A DNA stretch of 64,000 nucleotides. Source: Gammaproteobacteria bacterium (GTDB lineage Bacteria > Pseudomonadota > Gammaproteobacteria > Steroidobacterales > Woeseiaceae). Location: NCBI GenBank assembly GCA_029884165.1, contig JAOUIH010000004.1, positions 21,011 through 85,010 of the forward strand, read 5' to 3'. The stretch's first letter is position 1. Each line of letters opens with the position of its first letter. Shown one piece after another: positions 44,383 to 53,837 of this stretch. The notes under the pieces are model-generated. The model saw only the letters and a list, made by a program, of their open reading frames with translations. It ran no database searches and was not told where the DNA came from. A program made the translations under genes and the position numbers.

Positions 44383-45111
44383 ATGACGACACTTTTCGTA
44401 ATGCGCCCCCGACTATTGCTGTGGCTGGTCTGCGTCCTGCCAGCGGCAGGCATTCATGCGCAAATAGACGATCTTCAGCTTCCAATATCCCTGGACGCCG
44501 ACTCCACGAACTACGATGGCAAGAATTCGATGCTGTTGTTCGAAGGGCTCAGGCTGACACAGGGGCCACTGGGCGTTCAGGCGGATCACGGCCGTGCCAG
44601 CAAGCTGGATTTCGAGGACAGCGTGTGGGAATTCAGGGGCAACGTCATTATCGATACCGATACCGGCCACATAGAATGCGATTCCGCCGACCTCAAGTTC
44701 AGCGGCCACCAGCTCCAGCTGGGCACGCTGAGCGGCTCGCCGGCGACCTTTCGCGTCAGGCGGCCGGGCAGCGGGGAAGACACCTATGCCGAGGCCGGCC
44801 GCGTGGATTACGATTTCGCCGCAGGCGTGATCGAATTTTCCGGGAACGCCGTGATTACCGAGGGTGGCAACCAGATCTCGTCCAACTACCTCGTTTACAA
44901 CCTCGCCGAGCAGCGCATCAAAGCGCAAGCCGCCGCCTCCGGCGAGGATCGCGTCAAGATCACCTACACGCCGCGAGCGCGCCAACCGGACGCGCAGGCC
45001 GACGAAAAGGTCGAATCCGACGCTGGCACGACCGACGCAGAACAGGTAGCTCCGGCCGACCCCGAACCCGGCCCGGAAGGGCCGCCCGGGGATGGTGGCC
45101 GGCCTCGATGA
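44383..45111 (+). CDS. lptA: LPS export periplasmic protein LptA (OstA family) with an acidic/Pro-rich C-terminal tail
   Basis: Signal peptide [26 protein letters not shown] and an OstA-like body. The stop overlaps the lptB ATG (ATGA). Confidence 0.85.
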   Translation: MTTLFVMRPRLLLWLVCVLPAAGIHAQIDDLQLPISLDADSTNYDGKNSMLLFEGLRLTQGPLGVQADHGRASKLDFEDSVWEFRGNVIIDTDTGHIECDSADLKFSGHQLQLGTLSGSPATFRVRRPGSGEDTYAEAGRVDYDFAAGVIEFSGNAVITEGGNQISSNYLVYNLAEQRIKAQAAASGEDRVKITYTPRARQPDAQADEKVESDAGTTDAEQVAPADPEPGPEGPPGDGGRPR

Positions 45112-45833
45112 GCATCCTGAGCGTCCAGGACATCTCGAAACGGTATAAGTTCCGGGATGTCGTCAAGGGAATTTCGCTCGAGATCCGCAGCGGTGAAGTC
45201 GTCGGCCTGCTCGGCCCTAACGGCGCCGGGAAGACGACCGCCTTCTACATGATCGTAGGGCTCATTTCGGCCGACAAGGGCAGGATTCTGCTCGACGGGA
45301 AAGACGTGACTCCGTTGCCGATGCACCAGCGCGCGCGGCTCGGATTGGGTTACCTTCCGCAGGAGGCGTCCATTTTTCGCAAGCTGACGGTCGAACAGAA
45401 CGTCCTCGCGATCCTCGAGAATCGCGACGACCTGGACCGGGCGGGTCGTGAGCAGGAACTCGACCAGTTGCTGGACGAACTGCACGTCGGCCATGTTCGC
45501 GCGAGCCTCGGCATCAGCCTGTCCGGGGGCGAGCGGCGCCGTGTCGAAATCGCTCGCGCCCTGGCCGCGAATCCACGCTTCGTTCTGCTGGACGAGCCGT
45601 TTGCGGGTGTGGATCCCATATCCGTGCTCGATATCCAGAGGATAATCAGGCATCTGTCCGACCGCGATATCGGGGTCCTGATCACAGACCATAATGTGAG
45701 GGAAACCCTCGGAATTTGTGGGCGCGCCTATATACTCAACGACGGAACTCTCATCGCCTCCGGCGCGCCGGACGAGATCCTGGCAGATCGCCACGTCAGA
45801 GAGGTGTACTTGGGACAGGAGTTCAAACTCTGA
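45108..45833 (+). CDS. lptB: LPS export ABC ATPase LptB
   Basis: Walker [13 protein letters not shown] signature [15 protein letters not shown], 241 aa. Confidence 0.95.
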   Translation: MSILSVQDISKRYKFRDVVKGISLEIRSGEVVGLLGPNGAGKTTAFYMIVGLISADKGRILLDGKDVTPLPMHQRARLGLGYLPQEASIFRKLTVEQNVLAILENRDDLDRAGREQELDQLLDELHVGHVRASLGISLSGGERRRVEIARALAANPRFVLLDEPFAGVDPISVLDIQRIIRHLSDRDIGVLITDHNVRETLGICGRAYILNDGTLIASGAPDEILADRHVREVYLGQEFKL

Positions 45834-45876
45834 TTCAGAGGGCAGACAAAACCGGGTTCGGGACAGGCACTTGCGC

Positions 45877-47271
45877 ATGCTGAAGCCATCCCTGCAACTT
45901 AAACTCGGCCAGACACTGACGATGACGCCGCAACTGCAGCAGGCCATACAGCTGCTGCAGTTGCCGCTGCTCGATCTGAGCGCCAAGATTCAGGACGCGC
46001 TCGAAGAAAACATAATGCTGGAGATGGAGGATCTGCCGGACGCCCCCCGGACAGAGCCCGAGACCACTGCCGAGATTGAAATCATCCGGGCCGAAGAAAA
46101 CTGGCAGGCCAGCGAGGCTGAGCGGATCCAGGACGGCGGCTGGAACGGCGAGGACGGGCCGGTCAACGAATACGCGGATCGCAGCGGCCAGACGCTCCGG
46201 GAGCACCTGCTTTGGCAGCTCGAGTTCGAGGACTTCACGCCGCGCGAAGCCTTGATCGGCGAAGCGCTCATCGATGCCATAAATGACGACGGCTACCTGA
46301 CTGCCAGCTTCGACGACATTGCAAACAGCATCGATCCAGGCACCAGCATTACGCTGCAGGAGATCGAGCGGGCGCTGGCCAAAGTCCAACGGATGGACCC
46401 GATTGGCGTCGGCGCGCGCAATCTCGCCGAGTGCCTGTTGCTGCAGCTCGGACAGCTCGATGCGGAGACACCGGGGCTGGCCCTCGCGACGGATATCGCT
46501 CGCGAGCACCTCGACCTGGTTGCCGACCGGCAATACACGGACCTCCGCCGGCGTACGAACTGCACCGAAGACGAACTCGAGCACGCTCTCGCTCTGATCA
46601 AGGGCTGCAACCCGAAGCCCGGGTTGGCCGTCAGCCCGGCAGCGACGGAATATATCGTACCGGACGTATTCGTCCGGAAGGTCGACAACCGTTGGCAGGT
46701 CGAAATCAGTTCATCGGGCATACCGCGGCTCGCCGTAAACCAGAGGTATGCCGAACTGTTGCGCGGCAACGGTGACCATGCGGTATTGCGATCTCAGCTG
46801 CAGGAGGCGCGCTGGCTGGTGCGCAGCCTGGAGATTCGAAACGAGACTCTGCTCAAGGTCGCAACGTCCATCGTGGCACGCCAGAGGGACTTTCTCGAGC
46901 ATGGCGATGAGGCGATGAAGCCGCTAGTATTGAAAGATGTCGCGGAAGCGATCGGCATGCACGAATCGACTGTTTCACGCGTTACTACCAACAAGTACAT
47001 GCATACGCCGCGCGGCGTATTCGAGTTCAAGTATTTTTTCTCCAGCCACCTGTCAACGACCGACGGCGAAGACCAGTCGTCGACATCCGTGCGCGCGAAG
47101 ATTCGCCGCCTAATCGGGGCAGAAAATCCTGCCAAGCCGCTCAGCGACAGCAAGATTGCCAAGATACTGGCCAATGAAGGTATTTCGGTTGCACGGCGGA
47201 CGGTGGCAAAGTACAGGGAAGCAATGAAGATTCCTTCGTCGAGTGACCGTAAGGCCCGGCCACCGGTGTAG
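45877..47271 (+). CDS. rpoN: RNA polymerase sigma-54
   Basis: N-terminus MLKPSLQLKLGQTLTMTPQLQQAIQLLQL and the RpoN box ARRTVAKYR. Confidence 0.96.
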   Translation: MLKPSLQLKLGQTLTMTPQLQQAIQLLQLPLLDLSAKIQDALEENIMLEMEDLPDAPRTEPETTAEIEIIRAEENWQASEAERIQDGGWNGEDGPVNEYADRSGQTLREHLLWQLEFEDFTPREALIGEALIDAINDDGYLTASFDDIANSIDPGTSITLQEIERALAKVQRMDPIGVGARNLAECLLLQLGQLDAETPGLALATDIAREHLDLVADRQYTDLRRRTNCTEDELEHALALIKGCNPKPGLAVSPAATEYIVPDVFVRKVDNRWQVEISSSGIPRLAVNQRYAELLRGNGDHAVLRSQLQEARWLVRSLEIRNETLLKVATSIVARQRDFLEHGDEAMKPLVLKDVAEAIGMHESTVSRVTTNKYMHTPRGVFEFKYFFSSHLSTTDGEDQSSTSVRAKIRRLIGAENPAKPLSDSKIAKILANEGISVARRTVAKYREAMKIPSSSDRKARPPV

Positions 47272-47405
47272 GTTGTTCTACGCACAGGAGTACTGGCCAG
47301 GTTTTTCCTGGCTCCGGTTCAAACACGGACCGCGGGAGTGATCAGACCGAAAGGCTGGCGAGAGGGCTTCCCGACTGTCCGAAATCATGACAACAGGAGA
47401 CAACA

Positions 47406-47726
47406 ATGCAGCTAGACGTCACCGGTCACCATGTCGAGATAACTGACGCGCTTCGTAATTATGTCACCAGCAAGCTGGAAAAGATCGAACGTCATTTCGA
47501 TCTGGTAACCGACGTTCACTGTATCCTTACCGTGGAAAAACTGAGGCACAAGGCCGAAGCTACGGTCGCGGTCAACGGTGGCAAGATTTATGCCGACGCA
47601 ACTCAAGAAGACATGTATGCGGCCATCGACGCTCTCGTGGACAAACTGGACCGACAGGTGAAGAAATACAAGGAAAAAATGGTCGATCACCACGCCAGAG
47701 ATGCCGGCAAGCGCCAATTCGGCTGA
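47406..47726 (+). CDS. hpf: Ribosome hibernation promoting factor (short HPF/YhbH type)
   Basis: N-terminus MQLDVTGHHVEITDALRNYV, 106 aa, AGGAG Shine-Dalgarno, downstream of rpoN. Confidence 0.9.
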   Translation: MQLDVTGHHVEITDALRNYVTSKLEKIERHFDLVTDVHCILTVEKLRHKAEATVAVNGGKIYADATQEDMYAAIDALVDKLDRQVKKYKEKMVDHHARDAGKRQFG

Positions 47727-47741
47727 CAGGCTACTTCTCCC

Positions 47742-47764
47742 GGAGCCACCTTCCGGGTGGCTCC
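47742..47764 (+). other. GC-rich stem-loop between hpf and ptsN (GGAGCCACC-ttccg-GGTGGCTCC)
   Basis: 9-bp perfect stem read directly. It has no U-tract, so it may be an RNA stability or processing element. Confidence 0.4.
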
Positions 47765-47811
47765 CCCCTATGGCGCAGCACTCCAGAATCGCTTTGCGCC
47801 CAAGCACGGAC

Positions 47812-48318
47812 ATGACACTCCTGGAACTAATCAAACCGGATAGCGTGCTCTGCAATGCGCACGCCCGAAGCAAGAAGCACTCTCTTGAAATATTGAGTGA
47901 ATTGTTGTCGCGCCAGGTACCCGAGATTCCGCACGAGGAAATTTTCGCCAAGCTCGTCGAGCGTGAGCGTCTCGGCTCGACCTGTATCGGCAAGGGTACC
48001 GCTTTCCCGCATTGTCGCATTCCGAATCTGGCTACAAGCCATGGCGCGCTGATGAAACTGTCCTCGCCGGTGGATTTCGACTCTACAGATGGCGAATTTG
48101 TCGACATCGTTTTTGGACTGGTCGTTCCGGAAGAACTGGATGACTCCCAGCGCGCAAACGTTTCGTTCATCACGACACTTCTCGACGACGAGGAACTCCG
48201 TACGAGACTGCGCCGGTCCGCCAGTAGCAGCGAGCTTTTTAAGGCCATGGTCAATGGCGAGTCGACAGCCGCTGCAGAAGAGTTGGGCGAAGGTCGCGGC
48301 CAGAAGCAGGAGCAGTAG
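47812..48318 (+). CDS. ptsN: Nitrogen-related PTS EIIA (PtsN)
   Basis: EIIA type-2 fold with a phosphorylatable His in the context GKGTAFPHCRI. It lies between hpf and rapZ. ATG 47770 is an alternative start. Confidence 0.88.
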   Translation: MTLLELIKPDSVLCNAHARSKKHSLEILSELLSRQVPEIPHEEIFAKLVERERLGSTCIGKGTAFPHCRIPNLATSHGALMKLSSPVDFDSTDGEFVDIVFGLVVPEELDDSQRANVSFITTLLDDEELRTRLRRSASSSELFKAMVNGESTAAAEELGEGRGQKQEQ

Positions 48319-48333
48319 ACCGTGGACGAGAAG

Positions 48334-49209
48334 ATGCGCCTGATCATAGTCAGCGGCCTGTCGGGCTCCGGCAAGAGCGTGGCACTGCACGTCCTAGAGG
48401 ACCTGGGTTATTACTGCATAGACAACCTCCCTGCCGCACTGATCAATGCACTGGTGAAAGAGTTGACCGATGGCAGTAACAGCGTCAACCGGATAGCCGT
48501 AGGAGTGGATGCGCGCAATCCGCAAAAAGACCTGGAGTCGCTGCCACGGCTGATCAAGGAACTTCGCGCCCAGGGAACGCAGACCGACCTGCTATTCCTG
48601 CAGACCAGCGACGACGTCCTGCTGAAGCGTTACAGCGAGAGCCGGCGCCGGCACCCGCTGTCTGTCGACGGAACCGAGCTGCGTGCGGCGATAGACAACG
48701 AGCGAGCGCTGCTCGGGCCCATCATCAATGCCGCTGACTTGATTGTCGACACGACCCGCTCCAGCGTTTACGAGCTGGCCGACCTGATCCGGGAGCGCGT
48801 CGACCGCCGGCAATCCAATATGCTGTCGGTGCTGGTCGAATCTTTCGGGTTCAAGCACGGCATACCAGCGGATGCCGACTTCGTTTTCGATCTGCGTTGC
48901 CTGCCAAACCCCTACTGGCAGCCCGAACTGCGACCCCTGACCGGTCTGGATCAGCCCGTCAAGGAGTTCCTGGAATCGCAAGAGCTGTTCCGACAGATGT
49001 TCGACGATGTGCACTCGTTCCTCATTCGCTGGATACCCGAATACGTCAGCTTCAACCGAGGTTACCTAACGGTTGCGATCGGCTGCACAGGCGGCCAGCA
49101 CCGTTCCGTTTACATGACGGAGAAGCTCGTCACAGCATTAAAGCAGTCCCACGACCCTGTCCTGTCCCGTCACTGCGAGCTCGGGCAGCGCGCCGGCAGC
49201 AAGGACTGA
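48334..49209 (+). CDS. rapZ: RNase adaptor protein RapZ (YhbJ)
   Basis: N-terminus MRLIIVSGLSGSGKSVALHVLEDLGYYCIDNLP, parallel to the E. coli RapZ N-terminus. GTG 48322 is also possible. Confidence 0.92.
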   Translation: MRLIIVSGLSGSGKSVALHVLEDLGYYCIDNLPAALINALVKELTDGSNSVNRIAVGVDARNPQKDLESLPRLIKELRAQGTQTDLLFLQTSDDVLLKRYSESRRRHPLSVDGTELRAAIDNERALLGPIINAADLIVDTTRSSVYELADLIRERVDRRQSNMLSVLVESFGFKHGIPADADFVFDLRCLPNPYWQPELRPLTGLDQPVKEFLESQELFRQMFDDVHSFLIRWIPEYVSFNRGYLTVAIGCTGGQHRSVYMTEKLVTALKQSHDPVLSRHCELGQRAGSKD

Positions 49210-49326
49210 CGGCCAGGCACGGCACGGACCGAACGTGCCCTGACCACCGAAGACCGCTACACTTCCGCTCGAATCGAGGCTTGCCGGCGCGCTTGCCCGG
49301 TAACCGACACAGACCTGGCGGGCGGT

Positions 49327-50676
49327 ATGGAAGACAGGAACCAGAAGCAGTCGAACCTTGCGAAGCTGCGCGAGCGACTTGCCAGTGGCCGTATGCGTTC
49401 GGCGCGGGCGCTTGTCGCCAGCCTGCATACCGCGGAACTCGCCCGTCTCCTCGAGTCGCTGCCTTTGCGCGAACGCGCGGTCGTCTGGGACATGGTGGAC
49501 TCCGAGCGTGAGGGTGACGTGCTCGTGGAGGTCGCCGATGAGGTCCGTGACGGCCTGATCGAAGGCATGGGCACCGCACAGCTTATTGCCGCCATTGACG
49601 GCATGGAGCTGGACGACCTTGCAGACCTCGTTGCGGAACTGCCGGAGACGCTGACGCAGGAAGTGCTTCGGTCCCTGGACCAGCAGGACCGTGAACGTCT
49701 GCACCAGGTCATGTCCTACGATGAGGACAGCGCGGGCGGCCTGATGAACGTCGACATTGTCACGGTCCGGCCGGACGTGACGGTCGAAGTCGTATTGCGT
49801 TACCTGAGGGTACGCGGCGGCGTGCCGGACGGCACCGATTCGATCTTCGTCGTGAACAGGGACAATGAATATCGGGGCGCGCTGCTGCTATCACGCCTGC
49901 TTACCGCCGACCCGGAGCGAACGGTCTCGGAAATCATGTTGACGGACGTCTACCCTATCCCGGCGGAAGCGCTGTCCGAGGATGTCGTACGGGAGTTCGA
50001 AAACCGCGACCTTCTATCGGCACCGGTGACGGACCGCCGCAATTGCGTGGTCGGCCGCATCACGGTCGACGATGTCGTGGACGTCATTCGGGAGGAAGCC
50101 GAGCACTCACTCATGGGCGCGGCAGGCCTGGACGAGGAAGACGACATGTTTGCGCCGGCCGCGCGAAGCGCCGGGCGACGTGCGCTGTGGCTGGGTATCA
50201 ATCTGGCCACGGCATTCATCGCCGCTTCCGTCGTCGACCTCTTCCAGACTACTCTCGACAAGATCGTGCTGCTGGCTGTACTGATGCCGGTTGTTCCGAG
50301 CATGGGGGGAATTGCCGGCACGCAGTCCCTGACGATCATGACGCGAGCGATTGCGCTCGGCCAGATAGACCGTTCGAATGCAGGCGGAATTTTCAAGAAG
50401 GAGATTTTCGTAGGAGTGCTGAACGGCGTCCTGTGGGCAAGCGTGGTCGCGGTGTTCACCTACCTCTGGTTCGGCGACTGGCGCATCGGCGCCGTGATCG
50501 CCGGTGCCATGGGCATGAATCTCGTCGTCGCGGCGGGCGCCGGTTTTGCGGTGCCCCTCGCGCTCAAGCGAATCGGAGTCGACCCTGCACTCGCGGGGGG
50601 AGTCGTTCTGACGACGGTCACCGACGTGGTCGGATACATGAGCTTCCTCGGCCTGGGAGCCGCGTTCCTGGTCTGA
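49327..50676 (+). CDS. mgtE: Magnesium transporter MgtE
   Basis: N domain, tandem CBS domains and a C-terminal 5-TM MgtE module (PVVPSMGGIAGTQS), 449 aa. Confidence 0.93.
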   Translation: MEDRNQKQSNLAKLRERLASGRMRSARALVASLHTAELARLLESLPLRERAVVWDMVDSEREGDVLVEVADEVRDGLIEGMGTAQLIAAIDGMELDDLADLVAELPETLTQEVLRSLDQQDRERLHQVMSYDEDSAGGLMNVDIVTVRPDVTVEVVLRYLRVRGGVPDGTDSIFVVNRDNEYRGALLLSRLLTADPERTVSEIMLTDVYPIPAEALSEDVVREFENRDLLSAPVTDRRNCVVGRITVDDVVDVIREEAEHSLMGAAGLDEEDDMFAPAARSAGRRALWLGINLATAFIAASVVDLFQTTLDKIVLLAVLMPVVPSMGGIAGTQSLTIMTRAIALGQIDRSNAGGIFKKEIFVGVLNGVLWASVVAVFTYLWFGDWRIGAVIAGAMGMNLVVAAGAGFAVPLALKRIGVDPALAGGVVLTTVTDVVGYMSFLGLGAAFLV

Positions 50677-51900
50677 TCAGGGCTCATCCGCGGGCAGACT
50701 GAGGTCCTTGCGTACCCAGTCGGGAGCAAACAGGCGTGGCACGTCCCGGCCCGTTACGAAGGCGAGGAGCTGGTCCATGACGGCCATCGCATCTTTATAG
50801 CCCAGATCGATAAGCGCCTGCGTATACCCCTGCTCGAACAACAGGAAGCTGAGCAAACGGCTGGCACTTTCGCGACTTCTTCCACTGACGCCGCGCAGCA
50901 GCGCGCGTACCGGCAAGGGCATTTCGTTGCGATGCTCCTCGGCTATGTCTCGCAAGTCCCGGCTGGGGACGACGATCATCGTATCGATGGGACGAATCCG
51001 CCGCAGCGCGCCCGTGCGCCGATCCTCGGGAACGGAATCGATCACCTGGTTGAGGCGGGTCATGCGTTCGAGATCCGAATACATGCCGTCCATGAACAGG
51101 GTATCGAGCATGTAGCCCGCAATCTGGGCGAACGACGGAAGCGGCTGGGGCTGATTCGGGTCACCCACTGGGTCCCCGGTCTCGTTTCGGACACCGATTA
51201 CCAGGATGCGGTCGGCGCCGAGATGTATCGCTGAACTCAGCGGCGTGGCCTGTCGCATCGCCCCGTCCCCGAAAAACTCGCCTTCGATGCGCACCGGGGG
51301 AAATATTAGCGGAACCGCGATACTCGCCATCAGGTGGTCGAGATTGAGGCTGCGGCGTACGCCGACGCGGCGTGTCCTAGACCATTCCCTCTCTCCGGGC
51401 GACGCCTGGAAGAAAGTGGTCGAGCGAGCCGAGCTGTAACCTGCCGCGGTCACCGCGACGGCCTTGAGATATCCCCGGTCGATGGAGTCCTGAATACGTG
51501 GAAACCGGACATTCCGGCTCAGCAAGGTCCGCAGCGGCGCATTATCCAGGAGCGAGCGCGGCGCCCCTACGAGATTGCCGCCGAGCACGATCGCGGAAAG
51601 CCAGTGCGCGCTGCTCTTGAACATCGTCCAGCCGTCCGCCCTGAAGACCTGGCCGCTGCGGAAGTGGCCCCAGACCCGATGCAGTTCGGCGACGGCGACC
51701 CTGAAACGGCGGGCGCGGCTCGCCAAGACCACCGAGTTGACGGCGCCGGCCGATGTGCCGCTGAGCACTGCAAAAGGATTCACCGAGCCGTGCGGCATCA
51801 TGTCCGCAATGGCGCGCAGGACTCCGACCTGGAAGGCACCCCGGGCCCCGCCGCCGGGCAGTACCAGTCCTGTAATCGGCTTGTCTGTCTGACTTTTCAT
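50677..51900 (-). CDS. Patatin-like phospholipase family protein
   Basis: Oxyanion motif PGGGARGAFQVG, nucleophile GTSAG and catalytic Asp in FGDGAM. 407 aa. Confidence 0.88.
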   Translation of the reverse strand: MKSQTDKPITGLVLPGGGARGAFQVGVLRAIADMMPHGSVNPFAVLSGTSAGAVNSVVLASRARRFRVAVAELHRVWGHFRSGQVFRADGWTMFKSSAHWLSAIVLGGNLVGAPRSLLDNAPLRTLLSRNVRFPRIQDSIDRGYLKAVAVTAAGYSSARSTTFFQASPGEREWSRTRRVGVRRSLNLDHLMASIAVPLIFPPVRIEGEFFGDGAMRQATPLSSAIHLGADRILVIGVRNETGDPVGDPNQPQPLPSFAQIAGYMLDTLFMDGMYSDLERMTRLNQVIDSVPEDRRTGALRRIRPIDTMIVVPSRDLRDIAEEHRNEMPLPVRALLRGVSGRSRESASRLLSFLLFEQGYTQALIDLGYKDAMAVMDQLLAFVTGRDVPRLFAPDWVRKDLSLPADEP

Positions 51901-51995
51901 CGGTGTGCAGTATTATAAGTCGCGGAACCGCTACCAATGCGTACGGTCTTATCACTTTCCACAAATCCCGTCCTCGCGGAAGAAGGATCATCGCA

Positions 51996-52535
51996 ATGAT
52001 TCGTGTCGTTTCAGCACTCGCCACCGCCATATTCTTGCTCAGCGTCGGGCCAGCCGTTGTCGCAGATACACCGAAAGTGGGCGATCCTGCCCCGGGTTTC
52101 GAACTTCGCGACCAGGACGGGCAGCTGCATTCGCTGGAAGACTACAGGGACCAGTGGGTAGTGCTGTACTTCTATCCCAAGGACAATACGCCCGGCTGTA
52201 CCACAGAAGCCTGCGAATTCCGGGACGACATATTCAAGTTCCGGAAACTGGGCGCACAGGTCATGGGCGTCAGTCTCGATGACGAATCCTCGCACAGGGA
52301 GTTTGCTAACAAGTATGGCTTGCCGTTCCCGCTCCTCGCGGATACGGAAGGGACCACGGTGGATGCTTACGGTGTGCGATCCAGCATGCTCGGCATCTCG
52401 ATCGCCAAGCGCCAGACCTTCGTGATCGACCCGGAGGGCCGGATCGCCATTCATTATGAAAAGGTTGATCCCGAAACGCACTCGGCACAGCTGCTGACCG
52501 ACCTTGCGGAAATCGCCGGCGCCGAGACCAACTAG
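51996..52535 (+). CDS. bcp: Bcp/PrxQ-type peroxiredoxin with an N-terminal signal peptide
   Basis: Motif YFYPKDNTPGCTTEAC (CxxxxC). ATG 51996 follows GAAGGA and gives the signal-like MIRVVSALATAIFLLSVGPAVVA. Confidence 0.88.
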   Translation: MIRVVSALATAIFLLSVGPAVVADTPKVGDPAPGFELRDQDGQLHSLEDYRDQWVVLYFYPKDNTPGCTTEACEFRDDIFKFRKLGAQVMGVSLDDESSHREFANKYGLPFPLLADTEGTTVDAYGVRSSMLGISIAKRQTFVIDPEGRIAIHYEKVDPETHSAQLLTDLAEIAGAETN

Positions 52536-52551
52536 GCCCTGCGACCGGGGC

Positions 52552-52575
52552 GCCGACAGGAGGGTCGGCTTTCCT
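52552..52575 (+). terminator. Intrinsic terminator after bcp (GCCGAC-aggagg-GTCGGC + TTTCCT)
   Basis: 6-bp stem and short T-run read directly, 17 nt after the bcp stop. Confidence 0.5.
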
Positions 52576-52658
52576 GAAACATGCAGTTGCGAATCGAGGT
52601 TCGAAGGGCTCCGCAAGCGCGCCGGTCTTGCCGGCTGGATGGCGGGCGGCCGCTGTCG

Positions 52659-53834
52659 CTAATGCAGCGATTTGATGCCGTCGTCGATGCCGCCGATGCT
52701 CAGCGGAAACATGCGGTCCTCCATCAATTCGCGGGTTAGCTTGATAGACGGCGTATAGTCCCACCGCGCCCGTGGCTCCGGATTGAGCCAGATCGCTTTC
52801 GGATACGCCTTCAGGAGACGCTTGATCCAGATGGCGCCGGGCTCCTCGTTCCAGTGCTCGACGCTGCCGCCGGGATACACGATCTCGTAAGGGCTCATAG
52901 TAGCGTCGCCTACGAAGACCAACTTGTAGTCCGGACCATACTTGTGCGTGATCTCCGATAGCGGGACGCGTTCGGAATGCCGGCGACGATTGTCCTTCCA
53001 CAGACTCTCGTAAATGAAGTTGTGAAAGTAGTAATGCTTCAGGTGTTTGAATTCCGTGCGCGCGGCGGAAAAGAGCTCCTCGCAAATGCGTACGTGGTCG
53101 TCCATCGAGCCGCCGATATCGAGGCAAAGCAGCACCTTGATCGCGTTGTGGCGTTCGGGGACCATCTTGATATCGAGCAGCCCGGCATTGCGCGCTGTCG
53201 AGTCGATAGTCGCATCCAGGTCGAGCTGGTCCGCAGCACCTTCTCGCGCGAACCGGCGCAGCCGGCGCAGTGCCACCTTTATGTTTCTCGTACCGAGCTC
53301 GACGGTGTCGTCCAGATTCCTGAATTCGCGGCGGTCCCATACCTTGACCGCACTGCGGTGCCTGGAACCCGCCTGGCCGATACGCACGCCCTCCGGGTTG
53401 TAACCATAGGCACCAAACGGTGACGTTCCGGCCGTGCCTATCCACTTGCTGCCACCCTCGTGGCGCTCGCCCTGTTCTTCGAGTCTTTTTTGCAGCGCCT
53501 CCATGAGCTTCTCGAACCCGCCCATGGCTTCGATCTGCGCACGCTCCTCCTCGCTCAGCAGTAATTCCGCCTGGCGGCGCAACCACTCCTCCGGGACTTC
53601 GCCTGCCAGGGCCCGGAAGTTGGCCTCGACCCCCCTGAAATGGGCGCCGAAGATCCGGTCGAAGCGATCGTAGAGCGACTCGTCCTTCACCAACGCAGCC
53701 CGCGCCAGGAAATAGAAATCCTCCACGCTATACCCGGCCACTCCACTCTTCAGGGCAGCCAGCAGCGTAAGCAGCTCGGTGATCGACGGCTTGAGGCCGC
53801 CCTCTCTCAGCATGAAGAAGAACCGGATTAGCAT
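52659..53834 (-). CDS. CoxE-like von Willebrand factor A domain protein
   Basis: 391 aa. The N-terminus MLIRFFFMLREGGLKPS... matches my memory of the VWA_CoxE family. The VWA core LLCLDIGGSMDD has a MIDAS-like motif with Gly at the first Ser position. It starts 3 nt after the MoxR gene stop. Confidence 0.8.
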   Translation of the reverse strand: MLIRFFFMLREGGLKPSITELLTLLAALKSGVAGYSVEDFYFLARAALVKDESLYDRFDRIFGAHFRGVEANFRALAGEVPEEWLRRQAELLLSEEERAQIEAMGGFEKLMEALQKRLEEQGERHEGGSKWIGTAGTSPFGAYGYNPEGVRIGQAGSRHRSAVKVWDRREFRNLDDTVELGTRNIKVALRRLRRFAREGAADQLDLDATIDSTARNAGLLDIKMVPERHNAIKVLLCLDIGGSMDDHVRICEELFSAARTEFKHLKHYYFHNFIYESLWKDNRRRHSERVPLSEITHKYGPDYKLVFVGDATMSPYEIVYPGGSVEHWNEEPGAIWIKRLLKAYPKAIWLNPEPRARWDYTPSIKLTRELMEDRMFPLSIGGIDDGIKSLH

Positions 53835-53837
53835 TCG

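Noticed and set aside
49210-49326. M-box (Mg2+) riboswitch upstream of mgtE
   Set aside because: The leader is only 117 nt, shorter than the M-box aptamer as I recall it. I could not recognise its conserved core, and the element is mainly a Firmicute feature. A covariance-model scan would settle it.
50677-51900. Patatin-like lipase as the effector of a CBASS-type defence system
   Set aside because: No CD-NTase/cyclase, SAVED/STING sensor, E1/E2/JAB or other partner lies within several kb. The flanking genes are mgtE and bcp.
52598-52608. tRNA T-loop-like GGTTCGAAGGG in the bcp/VWA spacer
   Set aside because: The flanking bases cannot form a T-arm stem, and no acceptor or anticodon arms can be drawn. 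No tRNA is present.
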